From: a virus
Virus genome (UHGV): UHGV-0248979
Strand: one strand, 5' to 3'
DNA length: 64,000 nucleotides
The first letter of the stretch is position 1. The number at the start of each line of letters is the position of its first letter. Under the pieces are notes generated by a model. It saw nothing but the letters and a program-made list of their open reading frames with translations. It did no database searches and was not told where the DNA came from. Below are positions 1 through 9,710 of this stretch, piece after piece. Both the position numbers and the translations under genes were made by a program.

Positions 1-1597
1 CCTGCCATTCTTTTTCCGCTTTCACTAACCGTTGTCGGGTTTCATGGTACTCAATAGCAGAGTACAACTCACCGTCAAACGCTGCGCATAGACTCCCGAA
101 CTGCTCGCGAGACTCTGTGAAAACGTTACGTTCTTGCAAACGCTTAAAGAACATACTCAATACAGGGTCCTTTGAATACGTCAGTACAATCTCACGAACC
201 TGCCGCATATAAGTTACATCAGATTCTAATTCAACACGATCGCGTAATAAGGTCTCTAGCTGTGTTTGAAGTTCCGTCCGTTGCTGCTGTTGACCACGAA
301 TCGATGACTCGAGTTCAGGTAAAGAACGCGTAACACCTGGCCGAAACTTAAACCGACACTGCGGACAATCCACTTCTGCTGTTTCTAAGTAGTGGTTACG
401 TTCGTGATTTAAATTCTGTAAAACGTTCTCCACTCGCTGGAGTCTATCCCGTAATCCTGCGGTTTTTTGATCCATCACCAGAAGGCGTTCTTCCAAAACA
501 TTGAGTTTCTCGGTTGAATGAATAGCGTCCAGTGTTGTTCCCAACCGTTGTCCCCAAACACGCGCATCGGTAGCCGCACGAAGTTGGTCTAAACTGACGT
601 TATCGTTAAATAAACCCGGAAAGAGATGCTCGGTGTCCCATTTGGTAAGTAACTCACGTAAACGTGCCAGTGTATTCTTGAGACCTTCGTGGTTCCGCAT
701 CAGGTAGTCTTGTCGTGTTGACTCATCCATCAATAACGACAAGTCTTTATTCAACATCGATACCTCTGTTTCGGTAGAAACGACGGCTTCGCGGGCTGTC
801 GCTTCATTTTGTCGGGCGGCCAGTATCTGTTCATCAGTAGGCAACCCACCACGATGTTGTAATATTGCGTCGATGGTTGGACCCAAGCCGTTTAATAAGG
901 CTTGGATTGTTTCGATCGTGACGGCACGATTTAATCCTGGCAACTGTTCGATTTCTCGGTTCAGTTCACGTAAATCCGATTCCAAACCTTTTAATCTCGT
1001 TGCTAATTGTTGTCGTTCTTCCTCGTTCTCAATAACGCGCGTCCGTAATTCGGCAATCTTACGACTGGTGATTTCAATACCCCCATTTAAGGCGGTAAGG
1101 TTTTTACGCAAACGTTGATAAAACCCTAACGCGTATGTAAGATCAGAGGTACTTAAACGGTAAAACCATTTACGGCGTAATTCGGTTCCCGCATCGGTTA
1201 ACAAAACCTCACCATTTAATAGTTCTTTAATTTCTTTCGTAATACCCGTGATTTCTTCAACACGGGAGTTGTAGACCTTCGCATTACCTTGCTCGACGAT
1301 CTTTGCTCCCGTGGTCAGATTTTCAATATCGCAAACCAAAGAGTTACCTTTACGGGCAACTTTGAATCGATACCGTTGATCACCAACTAAACAGTAGTTC
1401 GTGTAAGAACCGCCGTCTCTGAATTCAGTTTTAGCCGGTGCTAAGGGTAAGAATACAGACAGTAGACTGGTTTTCCCGCAACCGTTCCCACCCAGGATAA
1501 TTGTTGTTGGAGACTGGATAGTGAAATCGAAAGTTTCAATTTCATGTAATCCCATCCCCGTAAAACCTTTGAGTATAATGCGTTCAACTTTTAGCAT
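1..1597 (-). CDS. SbcC/Rad50-like recombination ATPase, N-terminal portion (3' end lies beyond window start)
   Basis: Minus-strand ORF open from ATG at 1597 to window edge; GGAGGTG RBS upstream; hand translation gives Walker A GGNGCGKT near N-terminus, long coiled-coil-like region and a CPQC zinc-hook-like motif. Confidence 0.65.
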   Translation of the reverse strand, partial: MLKVERIILKGFTGMGLHEIETFDFTIQSPTTIILGGNGCGKTSLLSVFLPLAPAKTEFRDGGSYTNYCLVGDQRYRFKVARKGNSLVCDIENLTTGAKIVEQGNAKVYNSRVEEITGITKEIKELLNGEVLLTDAGTELRRKWFYRLSTSDLTYALGFYQRLRKNLTALNGGIEITSRKIAELRTRVIENEEERQQLATRLKGLESDLRELNREIEQLPGLNRAVTIETIQALLNGLGPTIDAILQHRGGLPTDEQILAARQNEATAREAVVSTETEVSMLNKDLSLLMDESTRQDYLMRNHEGLKNTLARLRELLTKWDTEHLFPGLFNDNVSLDQLRAATDARVWGQRLGTTLDAIHSTEKLNVLEERLLVMDQKTAGLRDRLQRVENVLQNLNHERNHYLETAEVDCPQCRFKFRPGVTRSLPELESSIRGQQQQRTELQTQLETLLRDRVELESDVTYMRQVREIVLTYSKDPVLSMFFKRLQERNVFTESREQFGSLCAAFDGELYSAIEYHETRQRLVKAEKEWQ

Positions 1598-1628
1598 ACC
1601 CACCTCCATAAAGACGGAGTGTGGTGTA

Positions 1629-1673
1629 AAAAGAAAAAAAAAACAGAGAAAGGGAGAACCCGAAGGTTCTCCC
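1629..1673 (-). terminator. rho-independent terminator
   Basis: GGGAGAACC-CGAA-GGTTCTCCC hairpin followed on minus strand by T10 tract, downstream of gene 1679..2287. Confidence 0.6.
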
Positions 1674-1678
1674 AAACG

Positions 1679-2287
1679 TTATTTGGTATACGGCTGATAA
1701 CCCATTGAAGTCCAATAATCGATATTCTTCGCGTTTTCTACCCAAACCTGTCCCGCCTTTGTGGCTAAGACTTCCATTGTCAGTGCACAGATCAGGTTTG
1801 TTACCGGAATGCAATTTCCTGGCGTAACGTCGTCCAGATAAACCGGGTATAAAAACGGTGATTTAATGGATTGGTACGGATAAGAATAGTGATTGCCGAC
1901 CTTCCACCCTTCCTCTACAGGACAGAGATTAAACGTACGTGTTTCTGGAACTGCGTTTTCAGAGATCCAGTTAACAACATCGGCTTTAATTCGGTCGTGG
2001 TCGATATAGTAGAACACGACACGTTGTGGGATACTTGTGGTACCAGCCGGGTCTAAAGCCTCCAACGCCTTGAAAGGCGTCGTTAACAATGTTGAACTGT
2101 TCTCAAGTGCGTAAACCAATTTTTCGTAAGCAGTCGGCGTTTTACGTTTAAAATACTCCCGTAAGCGTGGATACGCCAGGAAGCCCTCTACTTCCTCTTC
2201 CATTAAGTCGATGAATAAAGGCGTATGCGAATAACGCTCTGCATTTTGCATCGCTTCAAGAAAACGAACTAATGTAATTTCGTTCAT
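1679..2287 (-). CDS. hypothetical protein (202 aa)
   Basis: ORF track; compact spacing, terminator downstream. Confidence 0.55.
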   Translation of the reverse strand: MNEITLVRFLEAMQNAERYSHTPLFIDLMEEEVEGFLAYPRLREYFKRKTPTAYEKLVYALENSSTLLTTPFKALEALDPAGTTSIPQRVVFYYIDHDRIKADVVNWISENAVPETRTFNLCPVEEGWKVGNHYSYPYQSIKSPFLYPVYLDDVTPGNCIPVTNLICALTMEVLATKAGQVWVENAKNIDYWTSMGYQPYTK

Positions 2288-2304
2288 CTGGTCTTTCCTT
2301 TTAG

Positions 2305-2336
2305 ATCAAAAAAAGAAGCCCCGAATAAACGGGGCC
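2305..2336 (-). terminator. rho-independent terminator
   Basis: GCCCCG-AATAAA-CGGGGC hairpin plus T-tract on minus strand after gene 2344..2820. Confidence 0.55.
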
Positions 2337-2343
2337 GGGCTAA

Positions 2344-2820
2344 TTATAGCCCTAAGTGCGTGAGTGATAAAATAGGCTGTGTTTCACCTTTAATCGTCGC
2401 GAAGGAACGATACATTTCTGCGTTACTTGAAAAAACTTCGTTAGCAACGATACATTCACCCGTCTCTAAAGAAAGGAGATAAATGTAGTCGCTCCATACG
2501 CTTTGTACCAATACCCATTCGAGCGCGGTGTCATTTTCGCGTGTTGTCCGCAGGTGGTGAAAGTAAGGCCGGATTGCGTCGACCGCTGCATTAAAACGGC
2601 GATGATAAATTCGGGTTAAATCAAATGTCCAGATTGTTTCCAGGTCAACTGGGTGTAATGTGCGCACAGTGTCGATAATCGTCGACTGATCGTTAAGGCG
2701 TGCGGCTTCAGCGATGCGCAGCAGTTTCCAGGCCACCGTTAAGTTGTGACGAATTTGTTCAGGTTTAGCCGACAGGTCATGATGAAATTGCGCAGCTTGA
2801 TAGACGTTAGATAATTGCAT
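2344..2820 (-). CDS. hypothetical protein (158 aa)
   Basis: ORF track; flanked by terminators. Confidence 0.55.
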   Translation of the reverse strand: MQLSNVYQAAQFHHDLSAKPEQIRHNLTVAWKLLRIAEAARLNDQSTIIDTVRTLHPVDLETIWTFDLTRIYHRRFNAAVDAIRPYFHHLRTTRENDTALEWVLVQSVWSDYIYLLSLETGECIVANEVFSSNAEMYRSFATIKGETQPILSLTHLGL

Positions 2821-2849
2821 TTTAATACTCCTTTAGGTAAAACATGTCG

Positions 2850-2878
2850 TAAAAAAGGACCCCGGACATTCCGGGGTC
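2850..2878 (-). terminator. rho-independent terminator
   Basis: GACCCCGG-ACATT-CCGGGGTC hairpin plus T6 on minus strand after gene 2889..3278. Confidence 0.6.
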
Positions 2879-2888
2879 AAGACTACAC

Positions 2889-3278
2889 TCAATGATCTAA
2901 TTCGATAGCGCCAGCCATCTTGCCCCGTTCTTCGATAACGATCAGATAACGGTCGCGAGATTTGCTTTTAGCGAGAGTTAAGACAACAGTAGGGTCGCAC
3001 GTTTTCGTGGTGATAGGAAGAACCTCTCTTGCAACGGAATCGAGTAGAAAGTAATAACCTGCGGGACACATTGTGCCACCATCAGCTTTTACCAGAATAT
3101 AGCGCCCGTCTGCGCCGACTTCTTGGCAGATTGTTTCACCGACTTCACAAACTTCAAACCCCGGGGGATTATACTGATAATCGGTATTGTTGTTTGAGGT
3201 TAGCAGTAAATCATTAACCTGGGTAGATGCCGCTACACTCAGGGAGAAGAAGAATGCTAAAGCGCAGATGAGACGCAT
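2889..3278 (-). CDS. small secreted protein (N-terminal signal peptide, Cys-containing)
   Basis: N-terminus MRLICALAFFFSLSVAAS hydrophobic signal-like; 129 aa. Confidence 0.5.
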   Translation of the reverse strand: MRLICALAFFFSLSVAASTQVNDLLLTSNNNTDYQYNPPGFEVCEVGETICQEVGADGRYILVKADGGTMCPAGYYFLLDSVAREVLPITTKTCDPTVVLTLAKSKSRDRYLIVIEERGKMAGAIELDH

Positions 3279-3288
3279 GAGTTACTCC

Positions 3289-3699
3289 TTAAATTTTAAG
3301 TTTATCCATAGCTACAACGATAGGTTTTTCCGAAGTGTCTAATATCCCTACCATCGGTACACCATTTTTGATTTCGAAGAACGGTTTGTTATTGCCAGAG
3401 CACAAACGTTTGTCGTTGTATTCGAGACGTTGTGCCTTCCACGTTTCGAGGTTGAGTACGGACATAGGGCTGTCGTAGCACCAGGCCCCACCCTGCTCAA
3501 CGATGAACACGTATCTGCTACCTTTGTATTTAAACAGGCTCTTCGCCTGACAGTACAGGCCGTCAATTTCTGTACAGTAGAAATCGTCGGCACTATTGAC
3601 GTACTTAATTCCAGCTGGCAACTGTGTTATTTTTGCTGATACGTTAACAGAGAACAGAATAGCAATTGCAATGAGAAGAGTGTTGATGATAGTTTTCAT
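3289..3699 (-). CDS. small secreted protein (signal peptide)
   Basis: N-terminus MKTIINTLLIAIAILFSVNVSA; 136 aa. Confidence 0.5.
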   Translation of the reverse strand: MKTIINTLLIAIAILFSVNVSAKITQLPAGIKYVNSADDFYCTEIDGLYCQAKSLFKYKGSRYVFIVEQGGAWCYDSPMSVLNLETWKAQRLEYNDKRLCSGNNKPFFEIKNGVPMVGILDTSEKPIVVAMDKLKI

Positions 3700-3709
3700 G
3701 ATAAACTCC

Positions 3710-4195
3710 TTAGTATTTAGATTGTTCTACGTACTTCTTAACCAGATAACCGAATTCAGCAACGCCGATTTCGCCGAACCAAACCAGATAACCGGGGTCG
3801 ATGTTGTAGTAATAACCGACGAGTTTCTTGGTGTGTGGGTTGTATAGCGTTACGATATATTCCCAGCCACAAGCGTTAGCTTTACAACCACCACTTTCAA
3901 TCCAGATTTTGTTGTTGATATTTACCGGATACATGTTACCGCCAGGGCCATCCATGTAACCTTTAGAGCCGAACATTCCATCCAGTCCCACCGGATCTAG
4001 TGTTTTATCAACAACACCTTTAAATGACTTATCGGTATCGTACAAGTCGTTGATGTTTGGACACGCATTTGGCTGACCTTCCCGAGCGTTCCCATCGCAG
4101 GTAAGCAATTCGTCTACGGAGGCCGCATCTACAGTAGGTGTGGCACCGATAAACAAGAAAACCAGAAAGAACATCAGTGTATGTAAACGTTTCAT
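3710..4195 (-). CDS. small secreted protein (signal peptide)
   Basis: N-terminus MKRLHTLMFFLVFLFIGATPTVDAAS; 161 aa. Confidence 0.5.
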   Translation of the reverse strand: MKRLHTLMFFLVFLFIGATPTVDAASVDELLTCDGNAREGQPNACPNINDLYDTDKSFKGVVDKTLDPVGLDGMFGSKGYMDGPGGNMYPVNINNKIWIESGGCKANACGWEYIVTLYNPHTKKLVGYYYNIDPGYLVWFGEIGVAEFGYLVKKYVEQSKY

Positions 4196-4213
4196 TGTGA
4201 CTACTCCTTTAGA

Positions 4214-4606
4214 TTATTCAGCAGGACGATTTAAAGTAACACGGCCAATTAATTCGGCGTTATGAAAGAAGTCCACAGCGGTATAGTTACCAACTGATAA
4301 CGGATGTATGCTAACCGACATGACTTTTGGTTGTTCACAGGCGATATCGGTCAAACGTTGGTAGACTTGTGCACGGGTGTCAGCAATGAGTAATCCTGTA
4401 CATGTTTCACCACGTACTAAACGATAAACTTGCAGTTTACCGAAACTGCGCATTAACGTAGGTGTCTCATCCGGGTTGATAATCGGTGAGTCAGGAGCGG
4501 GTTCGTAATGGTTGACATCCGAACCGCCGAAAGCGTAAGTGCCAGTAATGCCGATTGCACAGAAAACAATGATAGTATAAAGTATAGTTCTAATATTCAT
4601 TTTCAC
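4214..4606 (-). CDS. small secreted or membrane-anchored protein
   Basis: N-terminus MKMNIRTILYTIIVFCAIGITGTYAFGG hydrophobic; 130 aa. Confidence 0.5.
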   Translation of the reverse strand: MKMNIRTILYTIIVFCAIGITGTYAFGGSDVNHYEPAPDSPIINPDETPTLMRSFGKLQVYRLVRGETCTGLLIADTRAQVYQRLTDIACEQPKVMSVSIHPLSVGNYTAVDFFHNAELIGRVTLNRPAE

Positions 4607-4628
4607 GCACTCTAAAAAAGATTAATAC

Positions 4629-5090
4629 TTATTTGTTAGGACGGGTGTGTCCACAGTTCTGGAAGAAAGTTTCAGATAGACGTTCGCCTTCTACGGTAAA
4701 GTTAGCGGCGTCATTACCATTGATACTCACGCTGAAATTTTTGGCATTACCGATAGCATTAACGAAAGCAACCCAAGCGAGTTCTGCTTTGTCACTACCA
4801 TCCACGGTAGGGATGTTATAGGTTTTGCCGTTTACGACAATATCCATCGTGTTATCTTCAGCGTTAGTTGCACCTACAGGTTCCCCGTAATACCAAACCA
4901 TGCGACCGTAAAATTTGCGATTCGCGGTTTCAGTGTCACAGTTGATAGACAGTCCGTTTCCGGTGGTGTCTTCGATTTCGTAAACTGCCTGACCAGGGTT
5001 CTGTATTTGTTCCCAGCTGTTGATAGCGGCGTGTGCAGTATTGAATCCGAAAGTTAAAATGGTTACTAAGAACGCGATAAAAGTTTTCAT
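4629..5090 (-). CDS. small secreted protein (signal peptide)
   Basis: Start moved to internal ATG at 5090 (AAGGAG RBS 6 nt upstream); N-terminus MKTFIAFLVTILTFGFNTAHA. Confidence 0.5.
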   Translation of the reverse strand: MKTFIAFLVTILTFGFNTAHAAINSWEQIQNPGQAVYEIEDTTGNGLSINCDTETANRKFYGRMVWYYGEPVGATNAEDNTMDIVVNGKTYNIPTVDGSDKAELAWVAFVNAIGNAKNFSVSINGNDAANFTVEGERLSETFFQNCGHTRPNK

Positions 5091-5136
5091 TGAAATGCTC
5101 CTTCGGGTTATGGGAAAGTTCCCACAAATCATGAAA

Positions 5137-5508
5137 TTAAATGAGAAAGTGGGCAACTCTTTTAATCTGTCTATAACTATCATCGATACCTCTTATTATT
5201 TCCAGACGTTCTTCTGAAGAAAGGCATTGGTTAATGTCTTTGTCAAGATTGAACAATGTCATGAGTTTTGCAATCGAAACTGCCAGGTTGTCCGATAGCT
5301 CGTTGTTTTTACGCCATTCTTCGTTACGGAAAATACAGATAAGGTCTTTCACCTGGTTTTCAGCGAGCGGTTTGGCTAACTGTGCGTCGCGCTGTTCGAG
5401 AAGGTATGCTTCGTTGGTAAGTAATTGTTTCAGGTCTTCTGGGTAAAGGGCAGCGCGAGTAACGATCAGTAATACAACAAACGGGTCTTTGAACAATTCG
5501 TTTTTCAT
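5137..5508 (-). CDS. hypothetical protein (124 aa)
   Basis: Start moved to ATG at 5508 preceded by AGGAGA RBS; the longer ORF-track N-terminus is read-through of the conserved leader hairpin. Confidence 0.5.
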   Translation of the reverse strand: MKNELFKDPFVVLLIVTRAALYPEDLKQLLTNEAYLLEQRDAQLAKPLAENQVKDLICIFRNEEWRKNNELSDNLAVSIAKLMTLFNLDKDINQCLSSEERLEIIRGIDDSYRQIKRVAHFLI

Positions 5509-5513
5509 CTTTA

Positions 5514-5580
5514 GTTCTCCTAAAATGGTTTCGTTAAGTGAGAGTAACTGAACTCTCACCTAAGTAATATATATCTGAAA
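5514..5580 (-). promoter_or_regulatory. conserved AT-rich box plus 5' leader hairpin cassette (putative phage promoter/leader)
   Basis: TCAGATATATATTAC box followed by GTGAGAGT-loop-ACTCTCAC hairpin then RBS; about 65 bp near-identical to 43040..43107. Confidence 0.4.
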
Positions 5581-5600
5581 TTATTTTTAATGTTGACGAA

Positions 5601-5632
5601 CAAAAAATAAAAGGTGGGGGTAAACCCCCACC
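5601..5632 (-). terminator. rho-independent terminator
   Basis: GGTGGGGG-TAAA-CCCCCACC hairpin plus T-tract on minus strand after gene 5637..6215. Confidence 0.6.
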
Positions 5633-5636
5633 GACG

Positions 5637-6215
5637 TTATACATCGAACCGATACTGCCGGGAGTTAATGAGGAACTCAGTATTCAGCTCAATCCATTCG
5701 AGTAAATCCCCCAACGGTAATCGGTTTGGGTTTTCTAACTCGATAGATGCAACCGGATAAGAGTTTACTAATTCCGTAATCGCCTCAATGCCCTCTTGCG
5801 TTCCATCGTCTTCTAAGGTGATTGTAAACGGCATATCGGTACGTTCCGCATTAGGATTGTACAAACTGACTTTCGTTGCTTGCACAAACGCAGTCAGGTC
5901 GTCTCGCATAATGCGAATATCTGGCGCTAGAACTACCCAGAGATGTTGCCCTGGCTGGAGTTTACGTTTTGCGTAGTTTACGAAAGGACTTGCCGTCAAG
6001 TTATCTAAACCACAACAGATGTTACGTAAACGAATTCCGCGCGGATCTTTGTAATCCACGTCGAAAATCCCCACAGGTTCATTCGCTGCCCGCTTTATCA
6101 GAAAGGCTAATACCGTGTCCGCTCTTTCTGGTAAGGAAAGCTCTATTCCCTCAAGCTCCCCATCGACGAGATTTTCTAACCAAACGTCTTTTCGCATTTC
6201 TATTAATCGGTACAC
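5637..6215 (-). CDS. hypothetical protein (192 aa)
   Basis: ORF track. Confidence 0.5.
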   Translation of the reverse strand: MYRLIEMRKDVWLENLVDGELEGIELSLPERADTVLAFLIKRAANEPVGIFDVDYKDPRGIRLRNICCGLDNLTASPFVNYAKRKLQPGQHLWVVLAPDIRIMRDDLTAFVQATKVSLYNPNAERTDMPFTITLEDDGTQEGIEAITELVNSYPVASIELENPNRLPLGDLLEWIELNTEFLINSRQYRFDV

Positions 6216-6227
6216 GGTTCCACCTCA

Positions 6228-7001
6228 CTAATAATTAAGTTTTACATCGGCAATAAACAGCAACTGTTTACCGTGTTGCTGCACTTCTTTCCAACCTAGT
6301 TTCATAGCAGCGTCAACAACATCTATCATGCTGTAACGAGACATCAACGCGGTTGATTTTGTTCCTGACATTAAGTAAAGCGGCTCGTTGGGGCAACGGT
6401 CGCGTGCATCAGGAAGTTCCCGAGAGACTGCTGAGCCTTCGGGTACGGTAACAACATGAATCACGGTAAATGGTCTTTTGTGGGTTAAATAAATACGAAA
6501 CCCAACGTGTTCAGACTCATGAAAGACTTTCTTTACAACCACATCTTTTAGTGTCGTCTGAACATCAATCCCAGGTAATATCGTGGATTCGCGAGAAACA
6601 AAACAACGACTATTTTCAACCATGGAGAAATAATTACGTATCGGTAAACTGGCGTTATGATCGCGCAGTTTTTTGCTCAGTAGATCGAAGTTCAGTTCTT
6701 TAACTTTCTCTAGCCATTCTTTGGCTTGTTGTATGTAATAACTACCAACGGTGCGATAAGTCAATACCTTGCCTGTGCTTACTTTCCAAAGTTTAACGCT
6801 TAGTGAATTCGGCTTATAGCGACGATACTCACCCCGCGTATAGTTGATGCGCTCGTAACGCTCTACATCGTCAACGGGCGCAGATTCGATCGATTGTAAT
6901 TGCAACGTACGATCTAATCTATCGGCGAATAGTAGTGATGTTAGCGGACCTTCGATCAAATACGGTTCGGTTTTAAAGATATCATCTAGATGGATTTTCA
7001 T
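6228..7001 (-). CDS. hypothetical protein, tandem paralog family (C-terminal GW...G.QLLF.AD motif)
   Basis: C-terminus LGWKEVQQHGKQLLFIADV shared with 7069, 8253 and 8839 genes; N-terminus MKIHLDDIF resembles 8839 gene. Confidence 0.55.
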   Translation of the reverse strand: MKIHLDDIFKTEPYLIEGPLTSLLFADRLDRTLQLQSIESAPVDDVERYERINYTRGEYRRYKPNSLSVKLWKVSTGKVLTYRTVGSYYIQQAKEWLEKVKELNFDLLSKKLRDHNASLPIRNYFSMVENSRCFVSRESTILPGIDVQTTLKDVVVKKVFHESEHVGFRIYLTHKRPFTVIHVVTVPEGSAVSRELPDARDRCPNEPLYLMSGTKSTALMSRYSMIDVVDAAMKLGWKEVQQHGKQLLFIADVKLNY

Positions 7002-7013
7002 TTCTATTTCCTT

Positions 7014-7042
7014 CTTAACAAAAGCCGCGACTAAAGCGCGGC
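7014..7042 (-). terminator. putative terminator
   Basis: GCCGCG-ACTAAA-GCGCGGC hairpin with weak T-tract after gene 7069..8220. Confidence 0.4.
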
Positions 7043-7068
7043 AGTTAGAGAAAGTCTATTTTTACTTA

Positions 7069-8220
7069 TTAGAGGTCAGCAACAAACAACAGCTGGCAGC
7101 CGTACTTTTGTACGTCCGCCCAACCGTAGTCTTTTCCGATTATAGGTAGATGTAAAAAATCCAGCTTCTCGTCTTTCGCTTTTAGTTTCGCCATTAACGT
7201 ATTGGACTCCTCAGCACTGAGCAGTAATGCGGGCTCTTTTTCAGTACGTCCTTCTGCGGTTGGGAAGAAATTGTAATAGCTGCGAGTAGGTAAATCGACA
7301 GAAAAACTACGATTGCCTATTCTGGCGATGAACGCAACTCCTTCACAGTTAGCATCTACACTACACGACCATCCCGCCTCCGTTAAAAGGTCTTTTAACA
7401 GACACCACACTTTAAGTTGGTTCTTAGAAACTGTACGGTAAATAGCAAGATGTTCAGGAAGTAAATGTACGCCCATAACCACGTTTTCAGATTTCTCGTC
7501 AAGCAACTCTGGATGCTGTATCGGGAACAATAATTCAGTGATACCCACGTTATCAATTTTGTTAACAAAATCAGTTAATTCATCTTTTAAGGTACACACG
7601 GATTTTTCTCCTTTGTCTTCAATAATCAGGTGGGGTTCGCCGCTAATTAAAATGTGGTAAACGAGATCGTCAGTAGAACGGTAAGTGAGCTTGATTGCTT
7701 TATCACTTAATATTTCGTAGCGGAAGAAACTTTCGTACCAACTTGAGCCGAAATCGTTTTGTGTGAGTTCCTGCTCAACTTTGATGGTTTTTGCTTCAAA
7801 GCCGATTAACTCGCTTAATAACGCGAGTTCTTGTTTAGTTAAAATAGTTACACCGTGAAAGGGCACTTGTTCAAGCTGAAAACATAACTTAGTGACTTCA
7901 CCATTTGGGAAGACCTTAAACATAATCTTCCGGTTGCTACTCTTTTCCCTAACAACAAGTTTACGGTAATTTAGTCCACAATTTGTGTAAGACGTGAACT
8001 GGTAACCTTCAATTTCTTCATCGAAAGTACAGACATCGACAGGCGCGATAATCTCATTGTATTCACTAAGTACACAGCAGCCCAATTTATAACCAAACAA
8101 CGTATGTTGTAAAAAATAGTCGAGGGTTAAGCTTGGTAGTGGCCAAGCCCGATTATAGCATCTGTCCATCAGTTCTTTTAGGTACTTGGCATGTCTTGGT
8201 TTAGAAATAATATTTCGCAT
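7069..8220 (-). CDS. hypothetical protein, tandem paralog family
   Basis: C-terminus YGWADVQKYGCQLLFVADL. Confidence 0.55.
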   Translation of the reverse strand: MRNIISKPRHAKYLKELMDRCYNRAWPLPSLTLDYFLQHTLFGYKLGCCVLSEYNEIIAPVDVCTFDEEIEGYQFTSYTNCGLNYRKLVVREKSSNRKIMFKVFPNGEVTKLCFQLEQVPFHGVTILTKQELALLSELIGFEAKTIKVEQELTQNDFGSSWYESFFRYEILSDKAIKLTYRSTDDLVYHILISGEPHLIIEDKGEKSVCTLKDELTDFVNKIDNVGITELLFPIQHPELLDEKSENVVMGVHLLPEHLAIYRTVSKNQLKVWCLLKDLLTEAGWSCSVDANCEGVAFIARIGNRSFSVDLPTRSYYNFFPTAEGRTEKEPALLLSAEESNTLMAKLKAKDEKLDFLHLPIIGKDYGWADVQKYGCQLLFVADL

Positions 8221-8252
8221 TTTTACTCTCCTTTAGGGGGTTTTTTCGTTAC

Positions 8253-8807
8253 TTAAGCAGGGCAAGCTAAGAACAACAACTGCTGACCGATTTTACGTAC
8301 GGTATACCAACCGTGGGCTTTAGCGACCGCGATCAACGTTTCCCAGTCATCAACATCACATTGCTCGTTCCGAAGTTTTGTAAAGAGTGCTTCGGCTTCG
8401 TCTTGGTTTAATAACTTACCTGGATTATCAGGGGTGGTGCCAGAAGGGGTTGGAAAGAAATCGTATTGACGCGCTAAGAGAAAATCAACCAGATACTTGG
8501 TGTTCTCTTTATAAACCAGCGTGGAAGTCTTCCCTTCGTGGAAGAAGCTGCCTGTTTTCCAAACGCTATCTTTCAGTAAGCTCTGAAGGTAATCTGTAAA
8601 GCCCGTTCTAAATGGGATATGCGTTTTACGCGTGATGTTGCGACGCAGCGGGGTTTCCTCTACAGCTTGTACACTTACCCCTACTATCATCGCACCTGGC
8701 TGGATAATGGTATTGGTCAGTACGGTATAAGGACGGACAAAGAAATGTTCGCCTACGCCTTTTTCAAGGGTTTGGATAATTTCATTTTTCAGTTCAGTTT
8801 GAAACAT
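8253..8807 (-). CDS. hypothetical protein, tandem paralog family
   Basis: C-terminus HGWYTVRKIGQQLLFLA. Confidence 0.55.
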   Translation of the reverse strand: MFQTELKNEIIQTLEKGVGEHFFVRPYTVLTNTIIQPGAMIVGVSVQAVEETPLRRNITRKTHIPFRTGFTDYLQSLLKDSVWKTGSFFHEGKTSTLVYKENTKYLVDFLLARQYDFFPTPSGTTPDNPGKLLNQDEAEALFTKLRNEQCDVDDWETLIAVAKAHGWYTVRKIGQQLLFLACPA

Positions 8808-8838
8808 GGTATATTCTCCTTTTTTTCGGTTTTCTTAA

Positions 8839-9576
8839 TTACGCGGTTTTAATTAACAGCAGATAGTCCTTCGTAATCTCAGCACAACTCCACCCTCTCA
8901 TCGTGGCGATTTTACGAAGATCAATTTTCTCGTGATATTTCAATAAGGGATCGTCTGAGTTAATCTCAACCAGGTGGGTGGCTTTAGAAATCGTTTCCAC
9001 ATCTGGGATCTGTTTTGCTAAGTCGGATGCAATCAGTTCAATAACGCGGTAACCCTTTAACACAGAAACATAGATGCGCAAACCATATAGCGTGCCCTCG
9101 TCTTCTAATGGACAAAGATCGATGCCGGGTCCAAGCAGTGATAACTCGACGTTATCGGGAAGGTTTTCTGCATTTCGGAGTAACCCTATCCCATTTCTAA
9201 ACAGAGGGAAGTAAGAGAATAGTGGTGGTAAAGCCCAACCGTTCCCAATAAGCACATCATCGATACTAGTAGGCGTGTTCGCAAGAAGACGAATGTGGTC
9301 AGCCACAACTTCAAGTTCGGCATCACTGATCAACTTATAGATTAACATGACACTGGTTTCGGTATTAATAACGAAGAAGACGCGGTTGGCGTAACTGCCT
9401 ATCACGTATTCGTCAATCATACAGTCGATAACGTCAGTGTCTGGATAATCTTCAGGTTTAATTGTTCCAGCATCGATTAACTTAGCAGGTTGCGATTGTT
9501 TTAATAGTTCGTTAACAACAGTAGAAGAAAGTTCTAAACTGGTGTTAGTAAAGATATCGTCTAATAATTCTCTCAT
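8839..9576 (-). CDS. hypothetical protein, tandem paralog family
   Basis: N-terminus MRELLDDIF and C-terminus RGWSCAEITKDYLLLI resemble neighbours. Confidence 0.5.
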   Translation of the reverse strand: MRELLDDIFTNTSLELSSTVVNELLKQSQPAKLIDAGTIKPEDYPDTDVIDCMIDEYVIGSYANRVFFVINTETSVMLIYKLISDAELEVVADHIRLLANTPTSIDDVLIGNGWALPPLFSYFPLFRNGIGLLRNAENLPDNVELSLLGPGIDLCPLEDEGTLYGLRIYVSVLKGYRVIELIASDLAKQIPDVETISKATHLVEINSDDPLLKYHEKIDLRKIATMRGWSCAEITKDYLLLIKTA

Positions 9577-9671
9577 GATTTACTCGCTAATCTCAATAAA
9601 GGGAAGTCTATTATTATGGATTGTAAAAGAGGTATAAGGAAGTCACTACGTTCCTCTGGGAAGAGTATGTC

Positions 9672-9710
9672 GGTATACTACGTATACCTCCGCTATTTAT
9701 ATCCGTATAC
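9672..9710. promoter_or_regulatory. inverted-repeat operator-like site (GGTATAC-TAC-GTATACC plus third GTATAC)
   Basis: Perfect 7-bp inverted repeat and a further CGTATAC copy 17 bp away in the 420-bp divergent intergenic region. Confidence 0.3.

Noticed and set aside
5509-5559. N-terminal extension MRVQLLSLNETILGE on ORFs 5137..5559 and 42541..43086
   Set aside because: Identical nucleotide sequence at both sites is the leader hairpin cassette; a strong RBS precedes the downstream ATG in both.
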